A stretch of 64,000 nucleotides of DNA, from positions 32,001-96,000 of the IMG/VR virus record IMGVR_UViG_3300020392_000008; one strand, 5' to 3'. The translations under genes were made by a program, and so were the position numbers. The DNA comes from a virus. Numbering within the stretch: position 1 is the first letter of the stretch; each line of letters opens with the position of its first letter. Below the pieces are notes generated by a model. That model saw only the letters and a list, made by a program, of their open reading frames with translations. It did no database searches and had not been told where the DNA came from. Of the stretch, positions 50,190 through 59,490 are shown in pieces.

Positions 50190-52346
50190 TTAAGCTATAT
50201 TAAAATTAGGTAAAATTTTATTAGCACTTGCTATTGCTCTATTTGGACTATTCCCCCAACCTGCATTTGCTCCAGCATATTTAGCAATAGCATCCTGGTT
50301 ATTAGCAAAGCCATTTATATCTATCCCTGCTTTTTTAAATGAATTTATGAAATATTTAATTGCTACTTCAGCTGCAGTATCTACATTATTTAATAAGTCA
50401 GGATTGTTTACTAAATCTAAGCCCGTGTCTTTTGCCCATTGTTTGTATTGTTGTTTAAATGTTATTCCATTAAAACCTCTTCCTCTATACTTATATCCGT
50501 CCCCGGGTAAAACTGGATCGTTCTTTTTATTGTTCCAAGTATGATACCCATTTTTTACACCTATGTGTCCATATATTACATCATAAAAAGCAACATCATT
50601 CATCTTTAGTTTACTTAATTCTGAGTCAGTTAGGTGTTTTAAAGGCCCGCTAAATAAATCTCTTAATCTAGCATTGCTTGTTCCACTGTATGAATATTCT
50701 GATTTTGGTTTAAAATGTGTTTCTTTTCCAATAACAGTCAGCATTCCTATTAAACTATGTGGATTGGTAATACCTAAAGACTTAGCCTTATTGATCAGTA
50801 CATTAATATTTTTAGCTCTAGTTCCAGTGTATTTATGTGTAACTTTTCCATTCAGATTAGTTGATGTTGATGTGTCAGTTGAGTTAGTACTCGTCTGTCC
50901 CGCTTCTTTAAATATATTTTGAACAAACTTAGCATCTTCAGGGCTTAATTCAATTGCATTATTAGTTCCTAATTTGTCAGAGCCTGATTTATTATATGGT
51001 TTTAAATAAAATTTATTTAACTTTTTATTATAAACTATATCTACTTGAGGCTTCGAAGCCGGTTCTGTGCTAGTTTTACCTGGGCCACTGTCAGGCGCGC
51101 TTAAAATATTATCCGATGGACCTGTTCCGTCTATTGGACTAGATTTTACTCTGCCATCCCTATACATATCAGCTAATCTAGTATCGCTAGCTTGCTTTAT
51201 ATCTTTTATTTTATTTGCAAATCTTTTAAGTCCTCCTTTTTCAAGTATCATATCTGAAAATTTACTAATTGAATTTTTATGTTCTATAACAGCTCTTTTA
51301 ATTATAAAGTCTGAGCTAGTAGATATATCTTTATTATCTACTTTTAGTATACTTCCAGGAAGCAAGGTCGGTATAGTAATATTTGCTAATTTTTCTATGA
51401 ATTTATCAGGTGAACCTACTGTTACTCCTACGGTATTTGTTGAAGTAGAACCTCCTTTACTACTTGACTTAGATGGAACATATTTAACTCCCTTAGTTAT
51501 AGATGCCAAAAGGCTCTTATCTATCGGAGCGTCTGATTTTATATTGTTTTTAGATTTCCAATCTGCTATTGCATTGTTTGTTTTTGTTCCAAGTTCTCCG
51601 TCTACTCCATCTTTATTTGGTCCAAAATTTCCCAGATCATATCCTGCTTTTTTAAGGGCACTTTGTATATCTTTTATGTCATTTTTAGAAAGTCCTCCAA
51701 CATATTCCTCTGAAGAAAAATCAGTTTTTGCATTCGCAACCGTTTTTGCAACCGTTTGTTCAAATTTATCATTTCTATGACCTTTAAAATAATCTATAAA
51801 ACCTAATAAACTACCCTGTGACATTTTTCTAGTATTTCTTCCAACTCTGTGCCCTTCTCCGGATAGTTTATCATTAGTATTTCCTTCAATAGTGGTAAAT
51901 GTTTTATTTTTAGAATCAACAGCCGTAACTATACCAGTATGGCCTCCACCTTTACGACTTTGAATAAATACTTGCCCGGGTTTTACTAAACTTGGATTAG
52001 ATCTAGCTTTAGAAATAGGTATTTTTAAAGAAGCATCAGCCCTATTCCAGTGCTTAAGAACACCGGCAGTTCTCACTACAGGATTCTTAACTCCCATTTC
52101 TTTACAAAAATCATCAAACATAGCGTATACAAAAGCTGCACACCATGGGTATCCTTTATTACCCATTGCTCTATTATCTAATCCTACTAAATCAAAATAT
52201 CTATCTATTTCTTTACTTCTGTTTGATCCAGATGGTATTTCCCTTACATTTACGTTTTTAGCAAGCGTATCTGCATATGGAACAGCCATTTGATCAGGAT
52301 CTCCATTAATAGCGGCTTCGCTTAATATTTCTCTAAAAGACCTCAT
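50190..52346 (-). CDS. modular peptidoglycan hydrolase: CHAP + PG-binding + GH19-like lysozyme
   Basis: PWCAAFV...GHTGIV...TIEGNT; IQSALKKAGY..G...VDGELGTKT; GDGYKYRGRGFNGIT...DLVNNPDLL. Confidence 0.88.
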   Translation of the reverse strand: MRSFREILSEAAINGDPDQMAVPYADTLAKNVNVREIPSGSNRSKEIDRYFDLVGLDNRAMGNKGYPWCAAFVYAMFDDFCKEMGVKNPVVRTAGVLKHWNRADASLKIPISKARSNPSLVKPGQVFIQSRKGGGHTGIVTAVDSKNKTFTTIEGNTNDKLSGEGHRVGRNTRKMSQGSLLGFIDYFKGHRNDKFEQTVAKTVANAKTDFSSEEYVGGLSKNDIKDIQSALKKAGYDLGNFGPNKDGVDGELGTKTNNAIADWKSKNNIKSDAPIDKSLLASITKGVKYVPSKSSSKGGSTSTNTVGVTVGSPDKFIEKLANITIPTLLPGSILKVDNKDISTSSDFIIKRAVIEHKNSISKFSDMILEKGGLKRFANKIKDIKQASDTRLADMYRDGRVKSSPIDGTGPSDNILSAPDSGPGKTSTEPASKPQVDIVYNKKLNKFYLKPYNKSGSDKLGTNNAIELSPEDAKFVQNIFKEAGQTSTNSTDTSTSTNLNGKVTHKYTGTRAKNINVLINKAKSLGITNPHSLIGMLTVIGKETHFKPKSEYSYSGTSNARLRDLFSGPLKHLTDSELSKLKMNDVAFYDVIYGHIGVKNGYHTWNNKKNDPVLPGDGYKYRGRGFNGITFKQQYKQWAKDTGLDLVNNPDLLNNVDTAAEVAIKYFINSFKKAGIDINGFANNQDAIAKYAGANAGWGNSPNRAIASANKILPNFNIA

Positions 52347-52360
52347 AATATTATATAATT

Positions 52361-52861
52361 TTATTTATTTAAATGGCGATCTAATATTATCAACTGCCAT
52401 TCACTTATCTTAGGGTAAGCCTCTTCAGCTGTTAAAAAACCTGCCCAGTCAACTTCTTCTGCTTGTAACTGATTTTTAGGTATTCTTAAACTATTCATCT
52501 TTATTTCAGATAAATCTTCTATTTTGTGTAAAAAATAAATTAATTGCTTTTCAACATTTCCATTTTTATCATATAAATCACATACGTATGGCTCAGACTT
52601 TGAAAGTATGGAAGCATTTAATTCTATTCCTGTTTCTTCTTTAAGTTCTCTAATAGATCCTGTTAAAACGTCTTCTCCTTTTTCTACTTTTCCTTTAGGT
52701 ATTCCTAATGTTCTTTTTTGCCAACTGGCGTTAGTTGGATGAACTAGTAAAATTTTATTATCATGTATTATACATACGCCTGCTACTTTATTTTCAATAG
52801 AATCATCTACATCTTTCCACTCTTCGTTTAACACAGATTTCAAGCTTTTAAACGATTTCAC
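52361..52861 (-). CDS. Nudix hydrolase
   Basis: Nudix box GKVEKGEDVLTGSIRELKEETGI. Confidence 0.92.
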   Translation of the reverse strand: MKSFKSLKSVLNEEWKDVDDSIENKVAGVCIIHDNKILLVHPTNASWQKRTLGIPKGKVEKGEDVLTGSIRELKEETGIELNASILSKSEPYVCDLYDKNGNVEKQLIYFLHKIEDLSEIKMNSLRIPKNQLQAEEVDWAGFLTAEEAYPKISEWQLIILDRHLNK

Positions 52862-53643
52862 TTTTTAGCTTTACTTTTTTTAACGTTTGCCCAGGGTTTA
52901 CTAGGCGTAGCTTTGTTTACTCTTGCCATTGCCCATCCGTGTGCAGTCATGCCTGGTCTAGACCCTGAACTATAAAATGCTCCTAGTCCTTTAATGTATT
53001 CGGCTTTTAAACTTCCAAAAGTATATCCTTTTTTATTTGCAACCTTTCTTATTTTTGCTTCAGTTGCTTTACTTAAAGTTTTTTTCTTTTTCTTTTTCTT
53101 TGCTTTTTTAGCTTCATTAATAGGTTCAGTATCTTTATTTCTTATGCAAAGTTCTCCTAATACTTCTATTTTACCTACTATTTCTTGAAATTTCTTTTGA
53201 GTAATGTCCATGTCTTTAGAAGTTGACTCAACTAATTCGTTTATTAAGTCATCATACTCGTCTTTAAAGTTTGACATATCAAAGTTTCCTTTAGCCGCTT
53301 TTTCATAATATGGTATTTTAACTTTAAAATGATCATACGAAAGCATAGAAAAACCTCCTTTTTCTTTAGAGCTACTTACTGTGTTTTTTGCACTATCACC
53401 TCTTTTTTCCGCAAATTCTGTTAAATCTACTTTTGGGTCTATTGTTTCATTAGTTTTTTCTCTTTCATCTGCCTCCATCTTATCCCTAATTTCATAAGCT
53501 TTCTTTTTATCGGCTTCAGAACCTTTTAATAACTTTTGAACTTTTTTCAATAAAGTATCTCTTTTACTACCCTTAGGCGCTTTATATTCAGAAGGATGCT
53601 CTTCTTTTAAATATTCAGTATAACTTTTTATAGGCTTATTCAT
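52858..53643 (-). CDS. basic multi-module hypothetical protein (C-terminal DUF5824-like domain)
   Basis: GLGAFYSSGSRPGMTAHGWAMARVN motif; N-terminal tag. Confidence 0.55.
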   Translation of the reverse strand: MNKPIKSYTEYLKEEHPSEYKAPKGSKRDTLLKKVQKLLKGSEADKKKAYEIRDKMEADEREKTNETIDPKVDLTEFAEKRGDSAKNTVSSSKEKGGFSMLSYDHFKVKIPYYEKAAKGNFDMSNFKDEYDDLINELVESTSKDMDITQKKFQEIVGKIEVLGELCIRNKDTEPINEAKKAKKKKKKKTLSKATEAKIRKVANKKGYTFGSLKAEYIKGLGAFYSSGSRPGMTAHGWAMARVNKATPSKPWANVKKSKAKK

Positions 53644-53646
53644 TTT

Positions 53647-53925
53647 CTATTTCTTTTTTTTATTTAAAATCTTTTTTACTTTTTCCCTAACTTTTTCCAT
53701 TTTTTTAGCATAGGTAGGGTTACTTTTTTTATTAAAGTTTATTTGTTGGTTTAAGCTTCCTGTTATCTTTCTCATATCACTATTTCTAGTTTTAATTAGC
53801 CAATCAGCAAGTGCTTTTATACCTAATTCTTTAAACTTTCCATTTGCATCAGGTGCATCTGAATGATGAAACTTCAATCTTTTTTTCTCGTTTAGAACAA
53901 AATTTTTAAAATTTAATAGTTTCAT
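53647..53925 (-). CDS. small basic hypothetical protein with CTS-like tag
   Basis: MKLLNFKNFVLNE start. Confidence 0.65.
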   Translation of the reverse strand: MKLLNFKNFVLNEKKRLKFHHSDAPDANGKFKELGIKALADWLIKTRNSDMRKITGSLNQQINFNKKSNPTYAKKMEKVREKVKKILNKKKK

Positions 53926-53931
53926 TTCTTT

Positions 53932-54255
53932 TTATTTTTTATTTGATTTAGTTTCATTTATTTTTATAAAACTATTAAAATCAATTACTTCACTTTCTAT
54001 AGTAATAAAATCAAGTTCTTTAGGTTCTTCTTGTTGGGCAGGAACCGGAACTGTTTTTGTTTTATTCATTATAAAATCAAAAACCTGATCCATATTTTCT
54101 TTAGCCACTGACACATGATCGTCTGCCCAATCATGTCCGTGTTGTAAAATTTTATCCAACATACTATGATCCATTTGATACAACATAGTTGTTTGTCTCA
54201 TAATTTGTTCTAGGTTTTTAAAAAACATATAATTTTCTTGCTCATGATGTGCCAT
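53932..54255 (-). CDS. hypothetical protein
   Basis: NYMFFKNL...GHDWADDHV motif; C-terminal VIDFNSFIKINE tag. Confidence 0.65.
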   Translation of the reverse strand: MAHHEQENYMFFKNLEQIMRQTTMLYQMDHSMLDKILQHGHDWADDHVSVAKENMDQVFDFIMNKTKTVPVPAQQEEPKELDFITIESEVIDFNSFIKINETKSNKK

Positions 54256-54256
54256 T

Positions 54257-54523
54257 TTAATCTTTCTTTATTTTATATATCGCTATTCCTGTTCCCTTTA
54301 TAACCCTATGCCAAATTCCTTTTGGAATAGTTAAAGTTTCCCCGGGATTTACGTTTTTTGGTAATTCATCTTCTAATTGAATTTGCCAGTTGTTATTGTT
54401 TAAAGCTTCTATTTCCCTATCTTCTAGGTCTCTATGCCATTTAAAATCTTCTGAATCAGTAGATTCTTTAAATGTTCTAATAACAACGTCATTTTCTATT
54501 GTATGTTCAGTATATGGGTTCAT
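54257..54523 (-). CDS. cupin-fold protein (likely start MNPY at 54523)
   Basis: WHRDLEDRE...GETLTIPKGIWHRVIKG cupin motifs. Confidence 0.75.
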   Translation of the reverse strand: MNPYTEHTIENDVVIRTFKESTDSEDFKWHRDLEDREIEALNNNNWQIQLEDELPKNVNPGETLTIPKGIWHRVIKGTGIAIYKIKKD

Positions 54524-54531
54524 ATATATAT

Positions 54532-55113
54532 TTACCAGTATCCTGGATATGTTTTTCCTCCCCAAAGATGGGCGTATTTGTTAATTCTACAAGACCAATA
54601 TCCTGCTTTTGTTTTATCTTTTTTAGTGCTACATTTATGACGAGCAGCAAAACTTTTTCTAGCTTTAGGATCACTTACTTTGGCTTTTAGTCCTGTTGTA
54701 TCTCCTATCTGTAACATTTTAACATTTCCAGTTTTAGGATTTCTAACATATACTTTAAATTTTTTAGATCCTCCTCGCGTTGGATAATTAAGTTTAACTT
54801 CCCTGCCTTTATATTTAGCTTCATTTAAAATAAAATCTTCTAAAGGTAAATCGAGTGGAACCGTATGTCCTTCGTATACTCCTACTTTACCTAAATCGGT
54901 TTCATCAAAAAGAATTGCGTCATCGTAACCTAATTTTAGTTTACCTAAAGAGTAAAGTTCCCTAGCCTCTTTAAGAATTTCTATGTGAGAATGGCTTCCT
55001 GGTCTAAATACTGTTTCGACAATAGATATTGAATTATCTATATGGTATTGTAAATTTTCAGAAATTGGATTTATACCAGTGTATTCACTAAATGATTTTA
55101 TTCTATTTTTCAT
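54532..55113 (-). CDS. conserved phage protein (DUF6321-like basic C-terminal domain)
   Basis: KKFKVYVRNPKTGNVK...ARKSFAARHKC...AGYWSC. Confidence 0.6.
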   Translation of the reverse strand: MKNRIKSFSEYTGINPISENLQYHIDNSISIVETVFRPGSHSHIEILKEARELYSLGKLKLGYDDAILFDETDLGKVGVYEGHTVPLDLPLEDFILNEAKYKGREVKLNYPTRGGSKKFKVYVRNPKTGNVKMLQIGDTTGLKAKVSDPKARKSFAARHKCSTKKDKTKAGYWSCRINKYAHLWGGKTYPGYW

Positions 55114-55282
55114 AATTGTTTTTTCTTATAGCTTTATTTTTAATATTTCTTTTTCGCTCAGAGTTTTTAGTATATGTCATTCTATTTTTTAATTCTTTAT
55201 GAATTTTAGTATCCTTGGCTTTCTTTTTATACTTTTTTAATGCGTATTCTATTTTTCCATTTATTACTTTAATTATTAACAT
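55103..55282 (-). CDS. rpsU: ribosomal protein bS21 (not in ORF track, 59 aa)
   Basis: Hand translation MLIIKVINGKIEYALKKYKKKAKDTKIHKELKNRMTYTKNSERKRNIKNKAIRKNNYEK matches the S21 pattern I-x-x-ALK...EL..R..Y.K.S..R. Confidence 0.85.
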   Translation of the reverse strand: MLIIKVINGKIEYALKKYKKKAKDTKIHKELKNRMTYTKNSERKRNIKNKAIRKNNYEK

Positions 55283-56036
55283 TTATACTCCTTACTTTAT
55301 TTTTAAACCATGTAGGTATATTGTATCCATAATGGTGTTCATAAATTTTTATATACAATTGATACGATTGTTTTTCGTCTAAGCTATTACATTTGTTTAT
55401 ACTTTTTAAGTAATATTTACCTAAATCTGATTCGTATATAGTAAGACAATATGCGTCAAATTTATGACCTTCTGACACTTTATTATTTATGTGTTTTATT
55501 GCCCTACTTAATTTTTTAGACGGAACAACTTCAAAGTTTTGATTGTTTATGTTTTCATGAACAGAAACTAAATCATTATTAAACATTAATATTTTGTATC
55601 TTGTTTTAGGGTTTATCTTTTCTTGAAACTTATCATAACTATTTTCAGATTTTTTAAATTTATACAAAGAATTATACGTATTAGATCCGTTTTTACCAGT
55701 TGCTATTATTGGAAACTTTAAACGTTTAACGTTGTTTCTATTCTTAACTACTTTTGGAATAAAAGACTCCCCTACATATTTGTTAAGGTGATTATAACCT
55801 TTTCTAAAATTAAAGGAATTGTATACTGTGTAATTGTTTGATTCATTTAGCCTAGTAATTCTAAAATCATTACATATTAACACAGGCATATTTGAGGCCT
55901 CGTTTAATGATTCTATTTTAGAAAAAGGAGATTTATAATTAGCTTCATCGTTTATTAAAATATAAACTTTATTAACTATATCCTTTTCTTCACCGTTTAT
56001 ATACTTTTCATATTCATTAAATGATCTGATGTTCAT
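55269..56036 (-). CDS. ATP-grasp (RimK-like) fold protein, apparently degenerate
   Basis: FIPKVV, LKFPIIA, FQEKI, GKYYLKSIN spacing matches ATP-grasp, but the conserved K/D/ExN residues are replaced. Confidence 0.5.
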   Translation of the reverse strand: MNIRSFNEYEKYINGEEKDIVNKVYILINDEANYKSPFSKIESLNEASNMPVLICNDFRITRLNESNNYTVYNSFNFRKGYNHLNKYVGESFIPKVVKNRNNVKRLKFPIIATGKNGSNTYNSLYKFKKSENSYDKFQEKINPKTRYKILMFNNDLVSVHENINNQNFEVVPSKKLSRAIKHINNKVSEGHKFDAYCLTIYESDLGKYYLKSINKCNSLDEKQSYQLYIKIYEHHYGYNIPTWFKNKVRSINVNN

Positions 56037-56103
56037 AGTTCTTTAAAAGGCTATTTTTTTTTATTTATTTGTCGTATATATAAAATAAAATACATTTCAT
56101 TAC

Positions 56104-57237
56104 ATGAAGACTATAAAAAGCTTTAGTGATTTTGATAAACAAGATAATCACGTAGATGAACAACTATTTAAAAGAGCTAGAGAAAAACGTAGAGAAAAGA
56201 AAGCGTTAAAGCAAGCAGACTCTCAAATGAATCCAAATGCAAGTGACGACAAAATAAGAGGAGTAAAAGGAAAAGAAGTATACACGGATTCTCAAGGTAC
56301 TAGACATAAAGTAGTTTGGAAAGCACAGGATTCAACAAATTTTATTGTAAAGTTAGTTAATGATTATGATTGGTTAGATGCTAATTCAAATTTAACTCAA
56401 AATGGATCAAATGCCCTTTTAGAATTTTTAAATGGAGAAAATTCATTTACAAATCAATATGGAAAATTAGATGATGTATTTTTTCAAAAAAATATAATAG
56501 CTTATTCTGTTAGAGTAGATACTGATAGGCGCCAAAAATTGCAATTTACAATATTAAATAAAGAAGCTATGATAGCTAAGCAAACTCAAAACGCTACAGA
56601 CGGCGCTGAATTAGCTGACCTAACAAATGTTACTTTTATTAATGCAAAAGATTTAATGACGATTGATTCAGGTATAGCTAAAAATCAAAGCATACTTTCA
56701 AATACCGAAGTTCCTGTTGAAAATGAAAACGATGGAAAAGTTGATGATCAAGATAATCAAGAAAATACTAATCAAGAAATAGACAATGAAGAAAATAATG
56801 ATATAGTAGATGAAATACCACTACCAAATTCTGATTTAATAGGTAAGCAGTTTGAATATCAGAGCGGCGCAGACGGTAAGCTATACATTATAACAATAGA
56901 TGAAGGCGATAATGGTCAACTAGAGTTTTACGCTAAAGCAAAAGATGGATCTAATGAAGGTTGGGTATATTTAAAAGACGGTGAGCCTTTTTGGAAAAAC
57001 GCAGATGGAACTTCTTCAGCAATAACAAATGCTAAAGATATTGAATTTTTTAAAAGAATTTATACTGATGAAGCTTATTTAAGACAATTAATAGCCGAAT
57101 TTGAAGCAAAATATCCAAACGGAGCTGACTGGACTATTAAAGATATATTATTTTACACAGACGGTAATAAAATATATCAAGAAGAAGTTGCTACTGATGA
57201 AGAACAGCCTACAGTAAATGTAGCCGTCGCAAATTAA
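56104..57237 (+). CDS. hypothetical protein with CTS-like tag
   Basis: MKTIKSFSDF start; 377 aa. Confidence 0.6.
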   Translation: MKTIKSFSDFDKQDNHVDEQLFKRAREKRREKKALKQADSQMNPNASDDKIRGVKGKEVYTDSQGTRHKVVWKAQDSTNFIVKLVNDYDWLDANSNLTQNGSNALLEFLNGENSFTNQYGKLDDVFFQKNIIAYSVRVDTDRRQKLQFTILNKEAMIAKQTQNATDGAELADLTNVTFINAKDLMTIDSGIAKNQSILSNTEVPVENENDGKVDDQDNQENTNQEIDNEENNDIVDEIPLPNSDLIGKQFEYQSGADGKLYIITIDEGDNGQLEFYAKAKDGSNEGWVYLKDGEPFWKNADGTSSAITNAKDIEFFKRIYTDEAYLRQLIAEFEAKYPNGADWTIKDILFYTDGNKIYQEEVATDEEQPTVNVAVAN

Positions 57238-57245
57238 AAATAAAA

Positions 57246-58871
57246 ATGAGTCAAATGTTATACAAAAAAAATACACTTCCAACTTGGTATTCTAACTATG
57301 GTCAAATTCTGAATGAACAAAACGCAACAGTGACTGTTTTTTCAGATGACGCAAAAGAAAGATTGAAACAATATTTAGATTCTAATAAAAACCTATTAGC
57401 TGAAATAAATGAACTATATCAAAAAGTAGCTGATGGTAAAATGGAAGAAGCCTATATTTCTTTAGACGGATCTAAATATAAAGTAAAACCTGGAGATGAA
57501 CTTTCTTTAACCATAGACAGAACAGACGAAGGTTCTCCTAAAGTAATATTATCAATAGAAAATGAAAAAACATTATTAGGGGACTTAAACCTTTCAACAA
57601 TTGCTGGTTATGTTTATAAATCAATGGATGGAATGGGAACATATGAAGACATGTTTGCCTCTTCACTAGCAGCTATTCACATGGATTTAGCATCTAGAAA
57701 TGTATCAGCTAGAGGTGTTCAAAGAGTATTTGATATATTTAACTCAAAAGTATTTGGAACAAAATACGAGGGAGAAACCCTTGATCAGTGGATAGATGGC
57801 GATTTTGATGGAAGAGCCGAAGCATGTGCAATGGCCCTTGCTAAAAGACCTATTCCTAAATCAATTATAAGGGGAATTAGTTGGGGAACAGTGTTTACTG
57901 ATTTAGGATTATTAGTATTAGCTATTCCTACATTAGGAGGCTCCTTGGCTGCTTCTGGAATAGGTAGAGCAGCAATGGCTGGCGGAAAAGCTACAAAAAG
58001 GGTAGTAAGCGCAGTTGGTAAATCAAAAAGAATGACTAAGGCTGCTCAAAAAACTAAAGCTATTGGTAAAGCAATAAAATCAGGAAAAACCTTTCAAAGA
58101 ATAACCAAACCAATGATAAAAGGTTGGAATGCAATGTCTAAATCAGCAAAGCTTACTCACGCTAAAAAGGTAATGCCCGTAGGAAAAGAACTAAACTGGA
58201 TTGCTAAAAATGGTAAAGAATCAACCGTTAAAATAGTAAAGTATTTTAAAAATAAAGCCGGTAACTGGATGGTACAGGTTAGAAACATAGGTGCAAAAGG
58301 ACAAAACGCAGCAGGTGGCTTTTCTGCAAGTCTTGATACGCTTATGGTGCAAGCAGGTAAACCAGGTGGAATTACAATGAAAACTGCTACTAAATTAGCT
58401 ACAGCAGCAGGTTTAGTTGGAGTTCTTCAAAAAGGTGAAACTGGAAATTTAGAAGGTATAGCAGGCGAAGATGAACAAATGGATGATATGTTTAATCCAT
58501 ACAACCCTACTGAGTTATTAGGATATTATGATCAAACTAATGCAGACCCCGCTAAAGCAATGCGTCAATACAAACAATTTGCCGCTAAAGAATTAGCAAC
58601 TATGTTATATGATGCAATGGATGGATGGACAGATAATTCTGATGAAATGGCAATAGCTTTAATGATATTAAGTATGGATAAACAAACCGCAATAGACGTA
58701 CAAAAAGAATATCAAGCCGCTTACGCAGGAAGCAATTTTTACGAAGATGTTATAGCAGACGAACTTGAATCAGATATGGAACAAATAGTAGGTTGTTATT
58801 GGGCAGCAATGACTGGTACAGGGCCTTATGTTTCAATGGTTAAACAAAAATTAGCAGCAGCTAAAAAGTAA
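57246..58871 (+). CDS. annexin-repeat protein with central hydrophobic/basic segment
   Basis: VYKSMDGMGTYED and LYDAMDGWTDNSDEMAI...VQKEYQAAY...ELESD resemble annexin repeats. Confidence 0.65.
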   Translation: MSQMLYKKNTLPTWYSNYGQILNEQNATVTVFSDDAKERLKQYLDSNKNLLAEINELYQKVADGKMEEAYISLDGSKYKVKPGDELSLTIDRTDEGSPKVILSIENEKTLLGDLNLSTIAGYVYKSMDGMGTYEDMFASSLAAIHMDLASRNVSARGVQRVFDIFNSKVFGTKYEGETLDQWIDGDFDGRAEACAMALAKRPIPKSIIRGISWGTVFTDLGLLVLAIPTLGGSLAASGIGRAAMAGGKATKRVVSAVGKSKRMTKAAQKTKAIGKAIKSGKTFQRITKPMIKGWNAMSKSAKLTHAKKVMPVGKELNWIAKNGKESTVKIVKYFKNKAGNWMVQVRNIGAKGQNAAGGFSASLDTLMVQAGKPGGITMKTATKLATAAGLVGVLQKGETGNLEGIAGEDEQMDDMFNPYNPTELLGYYDQTNADPAKAMRQYKQFAAKELATMLYDAMDGWTDNSDEMAIALMILSMDKQTAIDVQKEYQAAYAGSNFYEDVIADELESDMEQIVGCYWAAMTGTGPYVSMVKQKLAAAKK

Positions 58872-58878
58872 TTTATTA

Positions 58879-58905
58879 AAACTATACACAGTAGCTAGGT
58901 ATAAT
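58879..58905 (+). promoter_or_regulatory. AAAC-N17-TATAAT promoter
   Basis: AAAC 58879-58882, TATAAT 58900-58905. Confidence 0.6.
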
Positions 58906-58922
58906 AAAATAAAAGTTTAATT

Positions 58923-59432
58923 ATGACACAAGTTAAAGAAGATTCAAAACCCGTTGAGGAAAAAGTTGAAGCAACTAAACCTGTTGAAAAAACGGAAGAT
59001 CAACCAAAAGAAGAAAAAAAACTAACACCCGAAGAAACTTTAGAAAAATTAAGGGATTTTAGAAAAAACGGGAGTATATCTTTAGATATTAGCTATTCTG
59101 ATTTTAAAAAAATTAGAAATACTTTTAAAAACGATATTCCGTGGGAAGGACCTAATCAGGCTTATCTATTAACTATTCTAATGTTAGGGTTAGAAGCTGC
59201 CCTATCCACAATGGACCCTAAAAATAAAGAAACTCAAAAAGTTCCATTAAAAAATGACTCTATTGAGTCTATTGCGTTTTTCTTAAATAAAATAAATGGT
59301 AAAAATTCTCATTCTGCTCAAAATTCTTTAGGTATGTTTTTTGCTTTACAACAAGCTATTGCTCAATTAAAGCAAGTTGATAAAGAAATAGCTGACCTAT
59401 CTCCTAAAGAAAAAACAAATGACACTAAATAA
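58923..59432 (+). CDS. hypothetical protein
   Basis: 169-aa helical ORF with its own promoter. Confidence 0.65.
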   Translation: MTQVKEDSKPVEEKVEATKPVEKTEDQPKEEKKLTPEETLEKLRDFRKNGSISLDISYSDFKKIRNTFKNDIPWEGPNQAYLLTILMLGLEAALSTMDPKNKETQKVPLKNDSIESIAFFLNKINGKNSHSAQNSLGMFFALQQAIAQLKQVDKEIADLSPKEKTNDTK

Positions 59433-59490
59433 TAATTTTTTGTTTTTTGTTAAATAAAGCAGATATATAAATAAAATAAACATTAGTAAA

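Noticed and set aside
51067-51780. 237-aa + strand ORF and similar antisense ORFs (e.g. 22048, 22600, 25629, 47839, 48349, 60267)
   Set aside because: Shadow frames opposite well-supported genes, with no protein motifs
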